Below, one piece after another: positions 12,826-25,603 of a DNA stretch of 64,000 bases. A program made the position numbers and the translations under genes. A model generated the notes under the pieces. The model was given only the letters and a program-made list of their open reading frames with translations, did no database searches and had not been told where the DNA came from. The stretch lies in assembly GCA_047967505.1 (NCBI GenBank), contig CM106538.1. The stretch is one strand, 5' to 3'. The DNA comes from Dipteris shenzhenensis. Lineage: Eukaryota. Positions within the stretch are counted from its first letter, which is position 1, and every line of letters begins with the position of its first letter.

Positions 12826-15005
12826 GAGGGGGGCGGGGGGAAGGGGAGGGGAGGGGAGTTGAGGGGAAGGGAAGGGAAGGGCAAGGGGAAAGGGGAAAGG
12901 AGGAGGGAGGAAGGGGAGGGGAGGGAAATGGGGATGGCGAGGGGAGGGAAAGGAAGAGGGGTGAGGAAGGGAAGGGGAGGGAAGGGGAGGAGAAGGGGGA
13001 GGGGGACGGGAGGGGAAGGGGGAAGGGAAGGAGAAGGGAGGGGACGCAAGGGATAAGGGGAGGGGAAGTGGAAGTAGAGGGGAGAGGTGAGGAAGGCAAG
13101 GAGTGGGGAGGGGGACTCCTCAATGCATGCTCTGGCGACCGTGGCCACCAAGCCCCGAATGCATGCTCTTGGAAGGGGAGGGGAGGGGTGAGGAAAGGAA
13201 GGAGAGGGGAGGGGGCTAACAAATAGATGCTCTAGCACTCGCCGCCAAGCCCCGACAAAAAAAAATAATTTTAATTTATATTTATTATATATTTTTTATT
13301 TTTATTTTTTTTGCCGAGGCCTGGCGGCCATGGCTACCCAATTTGTGTTTTGGATTAAAATGGGGAAGGGTGAAGCGAAGAGAGAGGGAAGGGAGAAGAG
13401 AGAGGGAGAGAGGAAAGAGGAAGAAGAGAGAGAGGGGAGGGAGAAGAGAGAGGGAGAGGGGAGCGGAAGGGAAGAGAGCGAGAAGAGAGAGGGAGAGGGG
13501 AGAAAAAGAAGAGGGAAGAGAGGAAGGAGAGGGGACCAGAGGGGAGAAGAGAGAGAGAGATAGGAGAGGAGAGAAGGAGAGGGGAGAGGAAGGGGGAAGC
13601 GAAGGGAGGGGAATGTGAGAGTCTATATATAAGACATAGAACCAAATAGTTTTGAATTGCCCTCTCTTTTTCCTCTCTCCCTCTCTCCTGCTCCCTCTCC
13701 GTCTCCCTCTCCCTCCCTAGAATTCGAACGTCTCACTCTCTCTCCTTGCCAGTCTCTCCCTTCCCTCTCCTAGAATTCAAACTTCCTACTCCTTTCTCCT
13801 CTCCCCATTTGAATTCAAAATTTTTAGGGTTTCATGCCTTATATATCGACATTCCCCTCCCATCTCCCTCCCCTCTCACATTCCCCTTCCCTCTCCCTAC
13901 CTTCGCTTTCCTCTTCCTCTTCCCTCTCCCTCTCTGCTCCCCTCTCTCTTCTCCCCTCTCATTGCCTCTTGTCCCTCTCTTCCCTCTTCTTCCCCTCCCC
14001 TCTCCCTCTCTCATCTCCCTCTCTTCCCTTCTGCTCCCCTCTCCCTCTGTTTTCTCCCTCCCCTCTTCCTCTTCTTCCTCTCCCCTCTCCCTCTCTTCTC
14101 TACCCCTCCCCGCCGCTCCCTCTCTTTTCTCCCTCCCCTCCCTCTTCCCTTCACCCCTCCCCCTTCAATTCCAAAACAAACATTGGGTGACCGTAGGCTT
14201 GCCGGTTGTGGCCACTAGAGCATGTATTTGTGAGCCCTCTCCCCTCTCCTTCCCTTCCTCACCCCTCCCCTCCCCTTCCCCCTTCCCTCGTCTCCAATTT
14301 TCCTTTCCTTCTATTGTTTCTTTTGGTGCTCGGTGGTGTAGCCACTAGAGCATGCATTAGGGAGGCCCCCTCCCCACTCTTTCCCTTCCTCACCCCTCCC
14401 CCCCCCTTCCCCCTCCCCTCCTCTCCCCATCCCCCTTCCCTCCCCCCTCCCCCTTCCCCTCCCCTCCCTTTCCCTCCCCTCCCCCTCCCCCTCCCCATTC
14501 CCCTCTCCTCCCCTCCCCTTCCTCCCTCCCCCTCCCCCTCCCCCTCCTCTCCCCTCCATCAATGGTTGTCGCAGCATGAATCCCACACCGACACAAATCA
14601 ACAAAAAGCCCTACAGGCATGCTCATGCCATGTGGACAAGTGTAGTGCACTAGTCCCACCACATGTATCAATGGCCTTCCATCGATGAACCAAGGGCATG
14701 TACATTCCATGCATGCATGTGTAGCATCGTGTGTGACCATATCTCCCAGATTTTAGAGTTTTTAAACTCTCAAAAGGTGTTTGTTAATACCATTAAAATA
14801 TCTTGAAGATTTTAGAGGACTCTTATGGTAAAGTAATGTCATGCGTGGGTCATACATACATACGTACATACATGCATGCATGCATGCATGCATACATACA
14901 TGCATGCATACATTAAAAAAATTTATACATTTAAATTAATTTTATTAATTTAAATGTAATTAAACTATTATTTTTATTAAATTATTAATTAAAATTGTTA
15001 TTAAG
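12180..15005. mobile_element. Foldback-type element or long inverted repeat: ~1.2-1.45 kb arms around a ~150 bp spacer
   Basis: 12360-12660 is the reverse complement of 14555-14850 (e.g. ccataagagtcctctaaaatcttcaagata vs tatcttgaagattttagaggactcttatgg). 13330-13365 pairs with 14160-14195, and 13604-13660 pairs with 13808-13860. The G/A-rich tracts of the left arm mirror the C/T-rich tracts of the right arm. Confidence 0.85.
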
Positions 15006-15027
15006 TGCAAAATTATAGAGAGATATT

Positions 15028-17005
15028 CTAAAATTTATTATGTGGAAATGACAGTGCCAAAAAGTAAACTTTTGATTCTCGAACAACATTTTCATCAAGT
15101 AAACTTTCCATTTGGGAAGGAGTTTTAGGATTCGTCCAAATGTAGACATATGAGTCCAAAATGAAATAAGTGTTCACATCCACCTTTGGTTTAAATTCTT
15201 CTCTTGGCTTATTACATGCAGGGCCACAATAATGGTCCTCTAGGTTTTTCAAACCCATAGTCACAGCTTCTATGTCCACTCCATCATTAACCAAGCTATC
15301 TTTCCATTGGCTCTTTGGCCAAAAGTCATGACTAAGTTTCTCATGCTGTATAGTGGGCTTCTCCATGCAAGAAATCAATGTCTCCCAATATTGAATGATA
15401 GGTGCTATCCACTTTGAGTACGAATCCCTGCCCATGTTATTACCAAGATGAGATCTCCAATATTCCACATGCTTCTTGATCCCCAAAATTATAACATCTT
15501 TATCATTCAAATATGTTCTTATAGGTTTATTAGATTTATCTTGTCATGAATGAGGCACAAAGATTTTGCTTTGGGTCCAACTCTAGAGACAACCTCCATG
15601 CATAATATAGGATTCTGCAAGACATTTGCTGCAAACTATATGTTCATCTCTTTAGTAGCAACCATTTCCTCTCACTTTCTATCTTTGTTCTTTCTAGCTT
15701 CATTTTAAGTGTAGAGCAAATGTCACACTTGGAGAATGTGCTAAATGTTGACCTTGACAAAGGCTTGTACTTTAACCTCTCCATTGTTTTGTTAAATTCT
15801 CACCAAATATCCACTTGGTTGTATATGGAGGGGATGACCATTTGTGTCTCATTCTCCCTTGTCATCATTGTATGACTTTTATGGGGAATTTTATTTGCAT
15901 TACTCTCAACTAACACTTGAATCACAACTTTCCCAACCTTCACATGTCTGATTTGATTTCATATTATCTCCTTATTTCCATGCATAGCTTGTTACACTCC
16001 AAGATCATATTGTTTCTTGTACCTATGGAAAATAGTCTTTGCAATTCCCTGTATTATGTACCAAGCCTTGCAACAAACATTCATGTTTCCTATGAAGAAT
16101 GTCAATCCACTCGTATGGCCCTCAACCCTCTTCAATGTTTGTAGGTTGTCGTAAGTGTGATTCACATGATCAGTAAAACATTGACCCCAGTATTCTTGTC
16201 GCACATTCAAAACCATTTCTTGATCAGGAACGTGACAACAATCAATACTTGTAACCCTTTGGATAGCCTTAGGGGTAGCCTTCATAGCCAATGTTGTTTC
16301 ACTTTCATTCTTTTCCTTCTTTTTCCTAATTATCATCTTATATGGTCATTTTTTTTGGAGACATTTCATGTTTTCCCCATGTAAGTCAGCAATAGCAAGG
16401 GAAAATTGTGCAAAATTGTCCTCCTTTTTAGAAGGTTCTCTTAGCAACACCCTACTCCCATCATCGAATGTAAGGTGTCCAATTTGCCATTTTAGCAACT
16501 TCACCTAAAGACCATCCTCTATATACTGATTACTAGCACCATCTTGAATAAGCACTTGAGAAGTGGCTATCCCCAGGTGATCATCCCCTAACTCTTTAGA
16601 ATAAATTGCTTCATATAGTAGCACAATAAGTATGTGACCCTCCCCTAACTTTGTTTCCAAATGTTGTGACCATAAGAATACTTTTCTTCCCACCCATTCA
16701 TCTCTACTTTGCATGTGCACTTCCTTCGGTATCATGTTACAAGCATGTCCCTGCATAGGTCCTTAAACAAAAAAATTGAAAAAAAATCAACCATTGAAGC
16801 TAACCACTTCTAATAAGAAGCAATTTATACATAATCCAATCCTTGATAATGAGAGTATGTGCATGCCCACAAACCTGATTGAGAAGTTTGTGTGCCAATA
16901 CAAAATACTACCAAGCGCCGCCTCTTTGACATGGGATGCACCCATGTTAGGGTACAAAAGCTCAACATCAAAAGCTGTGTAGTAAACATCAATAGAGACT
17001 GACAA
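15028..17005 (-). pseudogene. Decayed DNA-transposon transposase-like gene (DUF7869-like core with Tnp1/En-Spm-associated-like N-terminal modules)
   Basis: Minus-strand translation gives FSKCDICSTLK...QQMSCRILYYAWR...P..LCLIHDK (~15540-15745, with a stop and a frameshift), GNMNVCCKAWYIIQGI (15992-16336) and DHYCGP (15028-15510). VGRKVFLW..GEGHIL..ELGDDHLG and VELLYP..KEAALGSILYW resemble Tnp1-like domains. The family is assigned from memory of motifs only. Confidence 0.5.
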
Positions 17006-17037
17006 TAACCAAAGTCATATAATGGTTGTTTTTTGAA

Positions 17038-17086
<49 letters not shown>

Positions 17087-17324
17087 ATGGGTCAAATTTT
17101 TGGGGAGGGTTCCCTCACTACTTACTAGAACATGCTAAGAGTTTTCAAATCATCCTTGGGTTGGTTTGCAATCCATGTCATGTTTGTATTTGTGTGTGTC
17201 TATGTCGAGGTATTGGGGGTTGTGTGCCATCCTCAGTCCTCTTCATATTGGACTTGGATACACACAAAAAATACAAATTCAAGTCAATGCAAATTGACCT
17301 TGGGTTTGACAATCTCTCTCTCTG

Positions 17325-17507
<183 letters not shown>

Positions 17508-20500
17508 CATGCACACACACTCCTCCCCTTGGGGATCCTTATGATCCTAGGGTGTGTAAGGACCATGTAGTTCATCTAATGGGCTACTAGTAGTCACATG
17601 ACTATACATGGGCCACATGCACACACACATCCATCCCCTTGGAGACCATGGTAAACCTTTGGATATGCCTATAACTGGTAGACTCTCATTCTGGTAACCT
17701 TGTTGCCACAACATGTCAGTTACTTTATATTGATTGGAAACTTCGGGTACACTTGAAAGATATATACTGAGTAGGTTTATTTGATGCTCTCCTTAGTGGG
17801 CGTTATATAGGAATGATTTTAGACCCATCTTGAGTATTGAATTATTTTGATGTGGAGAGGCATAAGGTAGGGACTAGAACTCCAATGGTCTACCATGATA
17901 ATGCCTTATGTATGTTCAATGAGGGAAATGGTATTTCTCAATTGATGCAAAATATCCCTTAGCCTCGAGAAGGCTTTACTGCCTCAAGATGCCAAGAGGA
18001 TTAGCACATAACTATTGTGTCATTACTCCATAGTGGAGTGAATAATGGACTTGATGGAGGAGGACCTTGGACCACCACGCTTGATGCTAGTTTGAATGAG
18101 AGAGTCGCCACATGCCCATAGCTTTTGCCCCCCCTTCTTGTATCTTAGAATGCATGCTTGTTGCCCAGAACTCCTCTTCTTCCTGGCACCCAAACTCTTG
18201 TCCTCCCCTTCCCTATATTGTGAGCTTGGAGACCTTGGAGAACTCTTGGCCATTAGAGACCTTGGAGACCTAGAGCACCCCGTCGCGACTGGAGGTCGCG
18301 ACTGGACCTTAGAGGACTTGCAAGCATCATGAGAGCCAGGTAAGCATGCGTTTTCCCTGCTATCCTTGTTTATGACATAGAGTCACCAATGCCACTGAAT
18401 GCCCTCCTTGTGTTGGCAGAGGTGGATAGTCTTCGTTACCAGGATCACCTCTAGCATGGCAGATCATTTGAGACAAGCAGTACATATTGTGATGCGCTCT
18501 TCGAGTTCTCCTCCTGGTCCTTCCTGAGAGCTAGCATCATGGAGTTCATAGCCACCTTGTTGCTTCTCTACATTTCCTTTACGACCTCACTTGTAGACTC
18601 TTCGTCGCATTTTTGGCCCTAGGCTATGTGAGCTATGCAAGGCCCTACAAAAGCTTGCCAAAAATGCTGGTAGAGCATAGAACTAGTTTCCCTGGCTACC
18701 TTTATGCTTGGCTACCATATTAGAGCCCTACTCCTACAGGCTTATGAAGGCTTGAGTTGATTTACAACTCTCTAGATCTACAGTGGTATGCTTGAAAAAG
18801 AGAGCTACGTAGAGCCACTGCTGCGTTTATGATCATGAGAATGGACATGACCAAGCAAAAATTGACTCGGAAGGATATACTCTGCATCACTGGGCAAAAT
18901 GAAGTAAGAGAGTCCATAGAACTCTTGGTCTACTTGACAACTTAATGAAAGAGAACTCTACATGACTGCACCAAGGTCGAGACGCTTGTGTCTGCCTGGT
19001 CTTCTTTAGATACTCTCAAGATTGGCTTGGCATTCTTTTACGACCCCTTGGCAATCGTCATTTTCCATTAGCCAATGTGTCCCATTACTCTTCACCATAA
19101 GCATAGGATGGAATTTGATCTCTATGACTGCCCTGAGTACTAGTTTGCCATGTCGCTATTGGAAATGCTCTTTACTTCAACCAAGAGCATAATGCAAAAA
19201 GCAGGAGCATTTGACCTCTCTTTGGGTTGTCTTTCCATTATGGATGAGTACAACTTGCACATAGAGCACCCTTGAGCCTCTTTTGTGGCTAGCGAGACTC
19301 TTCTATGTAAAGAACTCTCCTGGATGCTATAGAATACTCAGCACCAGAGCAAGGTTCTTTTAGTCAAATCCCCATTGTTTCTTCTAGTACTTTGCTTTTT
19401 GTTTGCCCACATTATTTCCTTCCCCTACAAGGAATCACTGCTCTTGTGGGAACAAGATAAAGGACTGTTATTTGATATATTCTCATGTGTGGCCACCTCT
19501 ATTGCTCGTGCATGATTCTGCATGTTACTATGAAAAGAGAAGGATATGTTGATGTACTACATTTCAGACTCTGAGAGTATGCTTACTGATCTATACTATC
19601 GATTGGATTTTGAATGGAGAATGGACTCTACCTCTTATTATAGTTGTAGACTCATAATTTTTTGTTATTTAATTAACCATAAGTTTTGAAAGAACTAGTG
19701 GATCTTTACTATGACTGGTCTTTGAACTTAATTTTTTGGGTTGATGAGAACGGTTTGGTAATCTACGGCTGTAATGACAACTCTATCGTTACATGGCAGC
19801 TACGAAACTTTCTAACCATGGAGCTTAGCCATTTTTGAACTATGGAGGTTTGATGACCAATATGGAACTAGAGTATAAAGGCATCTTACTCCAACATTGA
19901 AGCTAGGAAAAAGAAAACATAGCCCCCCTAATGGCTTAAGAGAATTATGAGGCAGATTCTTGGAATTTTTGGTACTCCTTATTCTTATACACTTTGGGGT
20001 TTCACTATGTTGATTAGTGGATACAATAATTTAGTGAAGCACCTTGAAACTTTGAGAACTTCCTACTTATTGATGCCCTTGGATTATTGAATGGGCAAAT
20101 TTCCTATATATTTTGACATACTTTGAAGAATGAAGGGAAGACATTGTCCAACCCTAGGAAGATGGGAAAGACTAGATACATTTACTTGTTATGCTTATCA
20201 CTAACTGGTCAGACTTGTCTATTAGTGAAGGGAACTATACCTTTTCATGATAACTTAAGAAGGCAAATGGAGGAAGATCCCCCTTGAGAACTTTTACACT
20301 TGGGAATTTTTTATAGTAAGCTACACTAGGGATGTTCTTGGCCCAATTCCCTTTATGGTTTGAGGTTGCTTTCTTTGGGAGAAAAGGAAATGCCTTTGGA
20401 AACTTGATTTTAGATCCCATGCTTGTGGGGTTTCATTTATCCTGTTGGGATTCATTTACCATTTTATATATGCACTTCATTAATGTTATACATGCCAACT

Positions 20501-21021
20501 GCTTTAAGAATGCCAAGATTTTATTAATGCTAATGTTGATTGAGTGACATCAGGGATAACAACTGTGTGCCGGCATTGAAGCCTGGCTTCCACATAAAAA
20601 ATGTATTGTCAGAGGAATACACTTGAGAGAGAGATATAGTGCTCTCGACCCTGTTATGCATGCTTACATAATTATATGTATTTGCAATTTAAGAACTTGA
20701 AAGTGAACTACCTTGCAACTTGCTTAATTTGAAAATTGTCTTATGGCTTTTACAATGGGAGGAATTGACAAAATGTTATTTTCTTGGATTCACGATTTGA
20801 AATGCAGCTAGAGTAATTAAATGGAATTCTCTTTTCTTGAGGATTATCTCTAGAGTCTAGTGCACCCTTTAACACTAAAGTATATGTGAGCATAGTCTTG
20901 ATAAAGCAAAGGCTGCTAGGGGCCTTTCAAAGTATTGACTAAGAACATGAATTAGTGGAGAGTTAGATTCATTGAAAGAATAGGTAACACACACACACAT
21001 TCAAACGATGTTTTGAGTTTC

Positions 21022-21804
21022 CAAATGGAGCTTAGGTCAATGATTTGCACTACATGGATGATGGTAATCTCTCTCTTACACATTCGCACACATGCACACA
21101 CACAGACACACATAAACACATTCTCATACATGCCCACACATAGATGAAATCAACATGGGTTCATTTAAGAAGTGATAGCATGGGGTGTTGAGCACAATGC
21201 CCAAGCTTTGCAAATCAACCCTAGGTCCATTTGATGATCACACACACACATTCTTGGATATCACAAAGACACACACACACACACACACACATCCTAAACC
21301 CACCTACACAAACTAAAAATGGTCATGCTTTGCAAATTGACCTTTGGTTGATTTGTATTCAATACAATGGTCATGCTTTGTAAATTGAGCTTTGGTCGAC
21401 TTGGTGTTCACTCATACACACACAAACACATTCATTAAAAATTTTCTTGAGTTTATAAATTGATCTAAGGTCGATTTGCACTTCATGGATATTAGGCAGA
21501 CACAAAAAGACACTCTAAGACACATCCACATGCACCAGAAATTGACCTTGGGTCGATTTGAGAAATGACAACATATTGAACACAATGGCTGGGCTTTACA
21601 TTCTAAGATGTATTTCAAATCAACCTTGGGTCAATTTGAGAAGTGCCATTATTCTCATTACCACATGATCGTTCCTGATTTGAAATCAACTCAAGGTCGA
21701 TTTGCAATCCTTGACTATGTGTGTGTCTATGTTAGAGTGTGGGGACTGTTTGCCTTCCTTGGTGCTCTACATATCATTGGAAATCAACCATAGGGGTCGA
21801 TTTG
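21022..21804. repeat. Array of ~10 interspaced ~23 bp palindromes, consensus CAAATCRACCnnnGGTCGATTTG
   Basis: Copies start at about 21022, 21146, 21211, 21333, 21381, 21456, 21538, 21616, 21682 and 21780. Further copies lie at about 17146, 17290, 23892, 24070 and 24140. Confidence 0.85.
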
Positions 21805-22364
21805 AATAAATAAAACAAGCCAAACTCCAACCAATAAATAAAACAAGCCAAACTCAAGCTAGGAGGGGGAAATTTCATAGGGTTCCTAGGGTGGAAAATT
21901 TTGGGGTGGATTTAAAGGGGATTGAATTTTAAGGAAGGGGAAATTTTAGTGGTGGATTTAAAGGGAGATTATATTTGAAGGAAGGGGCATTCAATTCTAG
22001 AAAGGGGAAACTTTAGAGAGGGGGAATATAATTTTTTTTAATTTCATTAAAATTTAGGGTAAGGAGGCTTTAAATTTATTAAAAGGTGGGAGAAAAGCAC
22101 TATTAAATTTTAGGGTAAAGGACGATATTAATTGGGGTAAGGCGAGTAAGGGGGTAAGGGTTTAAAAAGCATAATATAATTTTGGGGGTAAGGGGGGAAG
22201 GGTGTCCTACCCTAACCCTTATATTTCCTACCCTATCACCTATCTGATCTATTGCCTATGCTACCCATGCTACTAACCTCTCAATGTCCCTCTCCTAAAT
22301 CTTAAGGTGGTTTCTTAGCTCCTGAGACTATTTCTTGAGATGAGAGTTGGTTTCTCAACTCTTG

Positions 22365-22720
22365 AGACTGGTAGAAATCATATTCCATTCCTTGGTCCTC
22401 CTCTCCTTGGTCGTCCTCCTTATCCTTTCTCTCCACATCTACGCAAAGTGGCTCTGTCATTGCTCTTCCTCTCATTGTGCATGTTTAGCCTCCTGGCATC
22501 ACCGTCTCAACTGTGATTTTGATCACTAGGAGCCTCTAAAGTCTTGGCTCGAGATGGCCATCATTGAATCTCTGCCCACCTTCATCTATCACATTTCTCC
22601 TTGTTAGAAAGAGTTGCTGGAGTGCACAGTCTACCTTTGTGAGTTCCAAGAGAATGAGAGAGGGCGATCGCTTCTCAAGTGCAACCATAGCTTTCATTTT
22701 GACTGTATAGAATGGATACC
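22365..22720 (+). pseudogene. ATL-family RING-H2 E3 ligase fragment
   Basis: A TM segment (IIFHSLVLLSLVVLLILSLHIYAKWL), then a GLD-like LEMAIIESLPTFIY and a degenerate RING-H2 ([32 protein letters not shown]). It has an in-frame stop and lost Cys ligands. Confidence 0.8.
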
Positions 22721-23710
22721 AAGACTGGATAGGTGATACCGATCTTTCTACTAAGAGCCTATGCCACCGGCTCCCTGCTCGTCATCTCTCCCTTTCCCTT
22801 TCAACCTCCCCCTCATCATCTCTCTCTCTATCTCCCTTGCCCTCCCGACCTCCCTCTCATCTCTCTAATGAAAAGCTCCTCGAAGGTGTTCTCTCTGACA
22901 GTGTTATGTGCAACAGCTCCACATGTGATGCTTGTTCTATGGAACGATGTCTCTTCATGATAGTAGCAGCTCTGACAGCCTTGCGAGAGGTGATGATGAT
23001 AGCATGCAAAAGTTTTGCAATGGTGACAATGATGAGGCCAGGATCCGGCCATCATAACTATGGATGATCAAGCTTGATCACAAGCACACCTGGCATGTAA
23101 ACCTTCCAGCAAGAATCCGATCAAGCGGCAATGAAATTCCATGACCCAGCTCTAGGTCCATGCCTCGACTCTAGTCTCTCTATAGAAATCTTGTCGCTCC
23201 ATTGACTTCAAATCTCATCTCAGCAAATAAGACAGGCAAGACATGACTGAGTTCGTGCTGACTTGAGGCATAGGAAGAAAATCAACTTTTGGACCTTGTA
23301 AGGCTTGCAAAAGAAGGTTCTACTTTTAGAGATCTCAATGACAACAAAACTCTAATGAAAGTTTTGCTTCTTTCCACAAAGATAAACCATTTTCTTGTTA
23401 AAAAGGGATTACCTAAATTTGCTCCTTCATGAAGATGTCTCCTTCCTTCACGATCTTTGTTTTCTTCTTGAACTCTCCCTACACATTTGATAGATGTAAA
23501 CATCATGCTTTGTGAGATTAAACCACTTTCTTGTAAGTGCAGAACCTACCAAGATCTACAACTTAGAAAAGGTTTACATGCCTACCTCAAAAACGTCTCA
23601 AAACTCTAGTTTTAGTAGCATTCCAAGATCCTCCAAGTAAGCTCTCTATTCATCTCGAAATGTGAAAGTCACATTTGAAATTTGAAATATGAAAGTCAAG
23701 TTTAAAGTAT

Positions 23711-23744
<34 letters not shown>

Positions 23745-24984
23745 GAAATATGAGATATGAAGCTAAAGTTTGAAATTTAAAAGTGAAGATCAAAACACAA
23801 AATTAAAATTTGAATTCAAATTTAAAAAATAAAATTTGAATTTAAAATAAAGTTTGAAATTCAAATTCAAAATTTTGAAAAGTAAAACTTGCAAATCAAC
23901 CTTGGGTTGATTCAAGAATGTGATAAAAACAAACACAAGAATTCAAAATATGAGATATGAAACTGAAGCAAAATATAAAAGTCAAGTTTGAAATAGGGAA
24001 TTGAAATTTAAAAATAAAATTTTATTGAAGTTTGGAATTCATTTTCAATTTTTTTTAAACTAAAACTTGCAAATCGACCTGGGGGTCGATTTAATATTCA
24101 GGACATTATACACATAGACAAACATATCTCCACACACTACAAATCAACCTTGGGTGGATTTGATGATCACTCACACATATCACTTGTAAACACACAAACA
24201 TATTCAATTGTATACACAGTCAATTTTCTTCTTTGTTATGTTCTTGATTAATAATATACATAAATCATGGTGTATCAAGTTTCTATGCTTCATGTACTTA
24301 CTTAAACTCCATGGTAACACAACTATTGTAATAATGTACAAGAATTCAATGGATACCCAAAAGGAGATAACAAACCCAAAAAATGAGACATTGAACCCAT
24401 TGAATGAGAAATAAAATCTAACAAATGAGATAAAGAAAAAGGGTCAACACATCAAAGGAAACAAATTCTTTAAAAGCTAACATTATACAATAACCGTGGC
24501 CAACTCATGCCATCAGACTGCACATGTGGGTGGAAATAGAGAATATAGAGTAAAGATGGACTTCAAAATCTGTTGATTGTACAATTGATTCATTATGTCA
24601 TGATGAAAACCATGTTGTAGATGTCTTTACAAGTGGAGTTGTCACTCAAGAACCACTCTTAAAGAAAAGAAGATGTCTAGCTCACACAAAATCAAAAGGT
24701 GATGTGGGAGTTTTAGAGTCAATGTGTGCACACCTTATTGAGGTTGATGAGTCTCTAAAGGTGTGGATGAAGATAGAAATTCATAAAGACAAGGCACCCA
24801 TTGAGCACCTCTAATAACAAGTGTTGAGCTTCTAAAACAATATAAGATGAAGCAAAGAGACCTCATCCAACGTCTCCATGCAGTTTAGATGATGAAGGGC
24901 ATAGAGGTAATGATATAAAAGACAAAGAGGATTCAGAGAATTATGATATATGTATATTGATATTTATTTTTGGTACATCTGATG

Positions 24985-25016
<32 letters not shown>

Positions 25017-25603
25017 ATAGTAGTTACTTTTTCTAGTATATTATTGCTTTTTTATATCAAATGTTAAACTTTTCTTATGTGTTCAAAATATATGTAAACA
25101 CAATTTGCAATGATATGAAGAGCACCGAGGAAGGTACATAATCCTTGCACGTCTAGATTGCTTTATTTAAATGGCACAATTTATTTGATAGTTTGTTCAA
25201 TATATAAATGACACAACTTAAATTATTTTCCATATGGGTGCTTGACAAACGCTTTTCAATCAATAACTACCGTGAAGAGTTAACAAAGATGTAGATATAC
25301 AAGATGCTTATAGAAGTGTTCATGTACATGGGAACCTAGATATTAACAATTACCATAGGATTGTGGTTCATTGCAAACTAGAAGAATCCCAGTGTAGGAT
25401 ATTGCACCTTAGGTGAACCTATTTAATTGAATTAAGAAGAAGAAAGAGAATCTATGCATATATTTAGTGGTTGCTCACATGAGTCATTACACCATGATTT
25501 TGATCATGTAAATACTCTACAAGTACAAGAGGGCCTTGCGATGGACGTTTCTAAATAGGATTCAAGAGAAAATGTAGAATGGTCCTCTGAAATAAATTAT
25601 TCA

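Noticed and set aside
12591-14740. Long G/E/R-rich and P/S/L-rich ORFs
   Set aside because: They are artefacts of stop-poor purine/pyrimidine tracts in the foldback.
21022-21804. True CRISPR array
   Set aside because: The context is eukaryotic TE DNA with no cas genes, the repeats are degenerate, and the spacer lengths are irregular and low in complexity.
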